NCBI GenBank assembly: GCA_963769025.1
Contig: CAVYKI010000002.1
Location: 256,001 to 320,000 of the forward strand
Source of the DNA: an uncultured Verrucomicrobiae bacterium
Lineage (GTDB): Bacteria > Verrucomicrobiota > Verrucomicrobiia > Chthoniobacterales > Chthoniobacteraceae
Direction of reading: 5' to 3'
DNA: 64,000 nt
Part shown: one piece after another, positions 61,214-64,000 of the stretch
Position numbering within the stretch: position 1 is the stretch's first letter
Layout of the letters: every line of letters begins with the position of its first letter
Notes under the pieces: model-generated
What the model was told of the DNA's origin: nothing
Databases searched by the model: none
What the model saw: the letters and a program-made list of their open reading frames with translations, nothing else
Program-made: the position numbers and the translations under genes

Positions 61214-61317
61214 CGCGGTGTCGCAGACAACCGGCGACCACGGCTCAATCTCGAAAACGCAGCTCAAATTTTACGCGTTCCTAGCCTTCCTGAATCAACA
61301 ATCAACCGAACGAACCT

Positions 61318-62517
61318 GTGAAACGAACCATCCAACTCATTCTCCTCGCCGCCCTGCTAGCGAGCCATCCCGCCGAGGCGGCTGCGAAGAAACTGCAAGT
61401 CTTCATCCTCGCCGGACAATCAAACATGCAGGGGCACGCCAAAGTCAGCACCTTCGAGCATATCGGCATGGACCCGGCGACGAAGCCGATGCTTGCGGAA
61501 ATGCAGAACGCCGACGGCACACCGAAGGTCTGCGAACGCGTTTGGATTTCATCCATCGGCTGCGCTGAGGCGGAGCAAACGGGAAAGCTCACCGCGGGCT
61601 TCGGCGCGTCGCCGGAGAAGATCGGGCCGGAGTTCACGTTCGGCCTCACGATGGAGAAGCTCACGGATGCGCCCATTTTGATCATCAAGACCTCGTGGGG
61701 CGGCAAGAGCATCAACACCGACTTCCGCTCCCCGGGCGCCGGGCCGTATGTGTTCAACGAGACGCAGCTCGCCAATTTTGCAAAGCAGGGCAAGGACGTG
61801 GCGGCGATGAAGGCGGAGAAGGAAAAGGCGACGGGCGTGTATTACCGGCTGATGATGGAGCACGTGAAAAAGGTGCTCGCTGACCCGAAGCGCGTGGTGC
61901 CGGGCTACGATGCGGCGCAGGGTTATGAACTGGCTGGCTTCGTGTGGTTCCAGGGCTGGAACGACATGGTGGACGGCGGCACGTATCCGACGCGCGACAA
62001 GCCGGGCGGCTACGATGCCTACAGCGTGGCGATGGCGCATTTCATCCGCGATGTGCGCAAGGATCTCGGCGCGCCGAAGCTGCCCTTCGTCATCGGCGTT
62101 CTCGGCGTCGGCGGGCCAACTTCGGAATACGGACCCGACCAGCAGCGCTACAAGGCGACGCACGACAACTTCCGCAATGCCATGGCCGCACCGGCGGAGT
62201 TGCCGGAGTTCAAAGGGAACGTCGTCGCCGTGCGGACGGAGAAGTTTTGGGACCAGGAACTGACCGCCGCGAGGACCAAGGAAAACGCGATCAAGCAGCA
62301 GGCGAAGAAGCTGGCGACGGATGGAAAGCTGAAGCCCGCGGAGGAAAAGGCGGCGCTGGAAAAGCGCTCGCCGAGGGCCTCACGGAGCGTGAGCGGACTG
62401 GTGCTCGGAGAAAGGCGTTTCCAATGCGGAGTTCCACTACCTCGGCTCCGCGAAAATCCTCGGCGGCATCGGCAAGGGATTCGCCGAGGCCGTTGCGGGA
62501 CTGGCGAAAGCAAGTGA
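61318..62517 (+). CDS. SASA/DUF303 (CE6-like) acetylesterase, frameshifted near 3' end
   Basis: VFILAGQSNMQG, GPEFTFG, SWGGKS, WFQGWND; SNAEFHYLGSAK is in a shifted frame. Confidence 0.85.
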   Translation: MKRTIQLILLAALLASHPAEAAAKKLQVFILAGQSNMQGHAKVSTFEHIGMDPATKPMLAEMQNADGTPKVCERVWISSIGCAEAEQTGKLTAGFGASPEKIGPEFTFGLTMEKLTDAPILIIKTSWGGKSINTDFRSPGAGPYVFNETQLANFAKQGKDVAAMKAEKEKATGVYYRLMMEHVKKVLADPKRVVPGYDAAQGYELAGFVWFQGWNDMVDGGTYPTRDKPGGYDAYSVAMAHFIRDVRKDLGAPKLPFVIGVLGVGGPTSEYGPDQQRYKATHDNFRNAMAAPAELPEFKGNVVAVRTEKFWDQELTAARTKENAIKQQAKKLATDGKLKPAEEKAALEKRSPRASRSVSGLVLGERRFQCGVPLPRLRENPRRHRQGIRRGRCGTGESK

Positions 62518-64000
62518 GCGCGCACTTGAGAACGTTCTGCGCACTCGCATTTCCGGCGCGCTCGGAGCGCTCTACCTCCACGCATCGACTGATCCAGCGC
62601 AGCGGATGTCCCGCGGAATCTTGACGAGCTGTGGGCGGACTTCGATCCGCGGAAGGAGCCGCTCGAGATCGAGGTGCTGAAGGAATGGGAGGAGCAGGGC
62701 GTAATCTGCCGCGTGGTGCGGTATCAGGTCGGCGTGTTCAAAGGCGCGCCGGCGAAGGTCGCGGCATTTTATGCGGCGCCAAAGGGTGCGTCAAAGTTGC
62801 CGGGACTTTTGCAGATGCACGGTGGCGGGCAGTCGGCGTCGCTCGACACGGTGATGACGGACGCGAAGCGCGGATACGCGAGCATTTCCATCAATTGGGG
62901 CGGCAACCGTCTCAACTTCGGCGGGTCGAAGGAGACGTATGACGGCCCGCAGACGGACTGGGGCAGACTCGATGCGACGCATCCTCCGCAGCGGAACAAG
63001 ACGAATCATTTTGTGCAGGGACTCACGCCAGATGAGTTCACGCTCGATGCCGTGGAGTCACCGAGGAACAGCAACTGGTTTGTCGTGCTGATGGCCGCGC
63101 GCCGCGCGATCACGTTTCTCGAACAGCAGCCCGAGGTGGATGCGGCGCGCATCGGCGCCTACGGCCACTCGATGGGCGGCACGCTCACCACGACTCTCGC
63201 GGGAATAGACAAGCGCGTGCGCGCGGCGGTGCCGTCATGCGGCGGCGGGGGCGACTTGTCTGAAGCCGACAAAGCGCAGGTGCCGGGCGGCGTGAAGAGC
63301 AGGCTTTCCGCAGTCGAGTTGGCATGCATTTCCGACAACGCCTACATCCCGCGCATCACATGCCCGATCCTGTGGCTCTCGCCGACGAACGACTTCCACG
63401 CGCACATCGACCACATGGCGTGGAACTGGCGCCACCTGCCGGATGAGCGCGTGCGCTTCAGCATCTCGCCGCACCTGAACCATCACCACACGGCTGAGCA
63501 CGCCATCACACAGCACCTTTGGTTCGAGCAGCACTTGAAAGGCGCGTTCACCATGCCGGCGACCCCGCAGTTTTCGCTGACGCTCAAGACGGCGGACGGT
63601 GTGCCGAGGGCGAGCGTCACGCCGGATGCATCGCGGCCCGTGCAGCGTGTTGACATTTACTACTCCACCGACCCGCATGAACTCACGCGGTTCTGGCGCG
63701 ATGCAAAGGCGGAAAAAGTTGGCCAACGTTGGGAAGCAGCCTGCCCGGTGATGAGCGCGGAGCAGCCGGTGTTAGCATTCGCAAACGTGACTTACGAGAT
63801 GCCGACGGAACATCGGACGGTCGCAACCCGTCGCGGTCAGGAAAGCCGGCCAGTCTTTGTCCTCAGTTCGCGCGTGCTCTCCGCGGCGGCCGCGCAGTTG
63901 CAGGCCGCGGGCGTGAAGGTGACGGAGAAGCCGGAGCGCTCGATCGATGACGGCTCACGCGGCTGGCACGACTGGTATCGCCTCAGTTGGGATCACGCGC
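62514..64000 (+). CDS. Alpha/beta hydrolase (acetyl xylan esterase / dienelactone hydrolase-like), runs off window; absent from the ORF track
   Basis: Manual translation: VPRNLDELWADFDPRKEPLE..LQMHGGGQ..VDAARIGAYGHSMGG..SPTNDFH..PHLNH. Signal-peptide region is frameshifted; start approximate. Confidence 0.8.

Noticed and set aside
57280..62600. Calling the frameshifted genes pseudogenes
   Set aside because: Motifs are intact and the indels are clustered and often compensating, so consensus error is more likely; cannot be settled without reads.

Overview
GC-rich bacterial chromosome segment, most likely Verrucomicrobiota (Chthoniobacterales-like). This is inferred from PVC-typical families: CxxCH/HEAT protein, DUF1549/1553, DUF1592/1588 with DUF1552, and DUF1080. 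About 48 genes are present: housekeeping (Rep/UvrD helicase, purN, rfaE2-type adenylyltransferase, M29 aminopeptidase, Aas, manA, Nudix), signalling (hybrid histidine kinase, sigma54 response regulator, PAS-AraC), many secreted carbohydrate esterases/lyases, and a 1971-aa metalloprotease with nine Calx-beta-like repeats. I saw no rRNA, tRNA, CRISPR array or transposase. Several genes carry clustered indels that look like assembly errors rather than true pseudogenes. The standout is a compact minus-strand operon at 37078-42119: three WXG100-like helical proteins (W-x-D / W-x-G variants) followed by a membrane-anchored FtsK/EccC-like ATPase with three ATPase-fold domains, only the middle one intact. 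It has no other type VII components and sits in a presumed diderm, making it a candidate minimal type VII-like system. Other leads are a CinA/PncC-like plus nucleotidyltransferase-like fusion with degenerate active sites, an MFS transporter with a long coiled-coil insert, a DUF1592/DUF1552 pair embedded in an acetyl-esterase locus, and sigma54-related regulatory sites. All family assignments come from motif recognition by eye; no searches were run.
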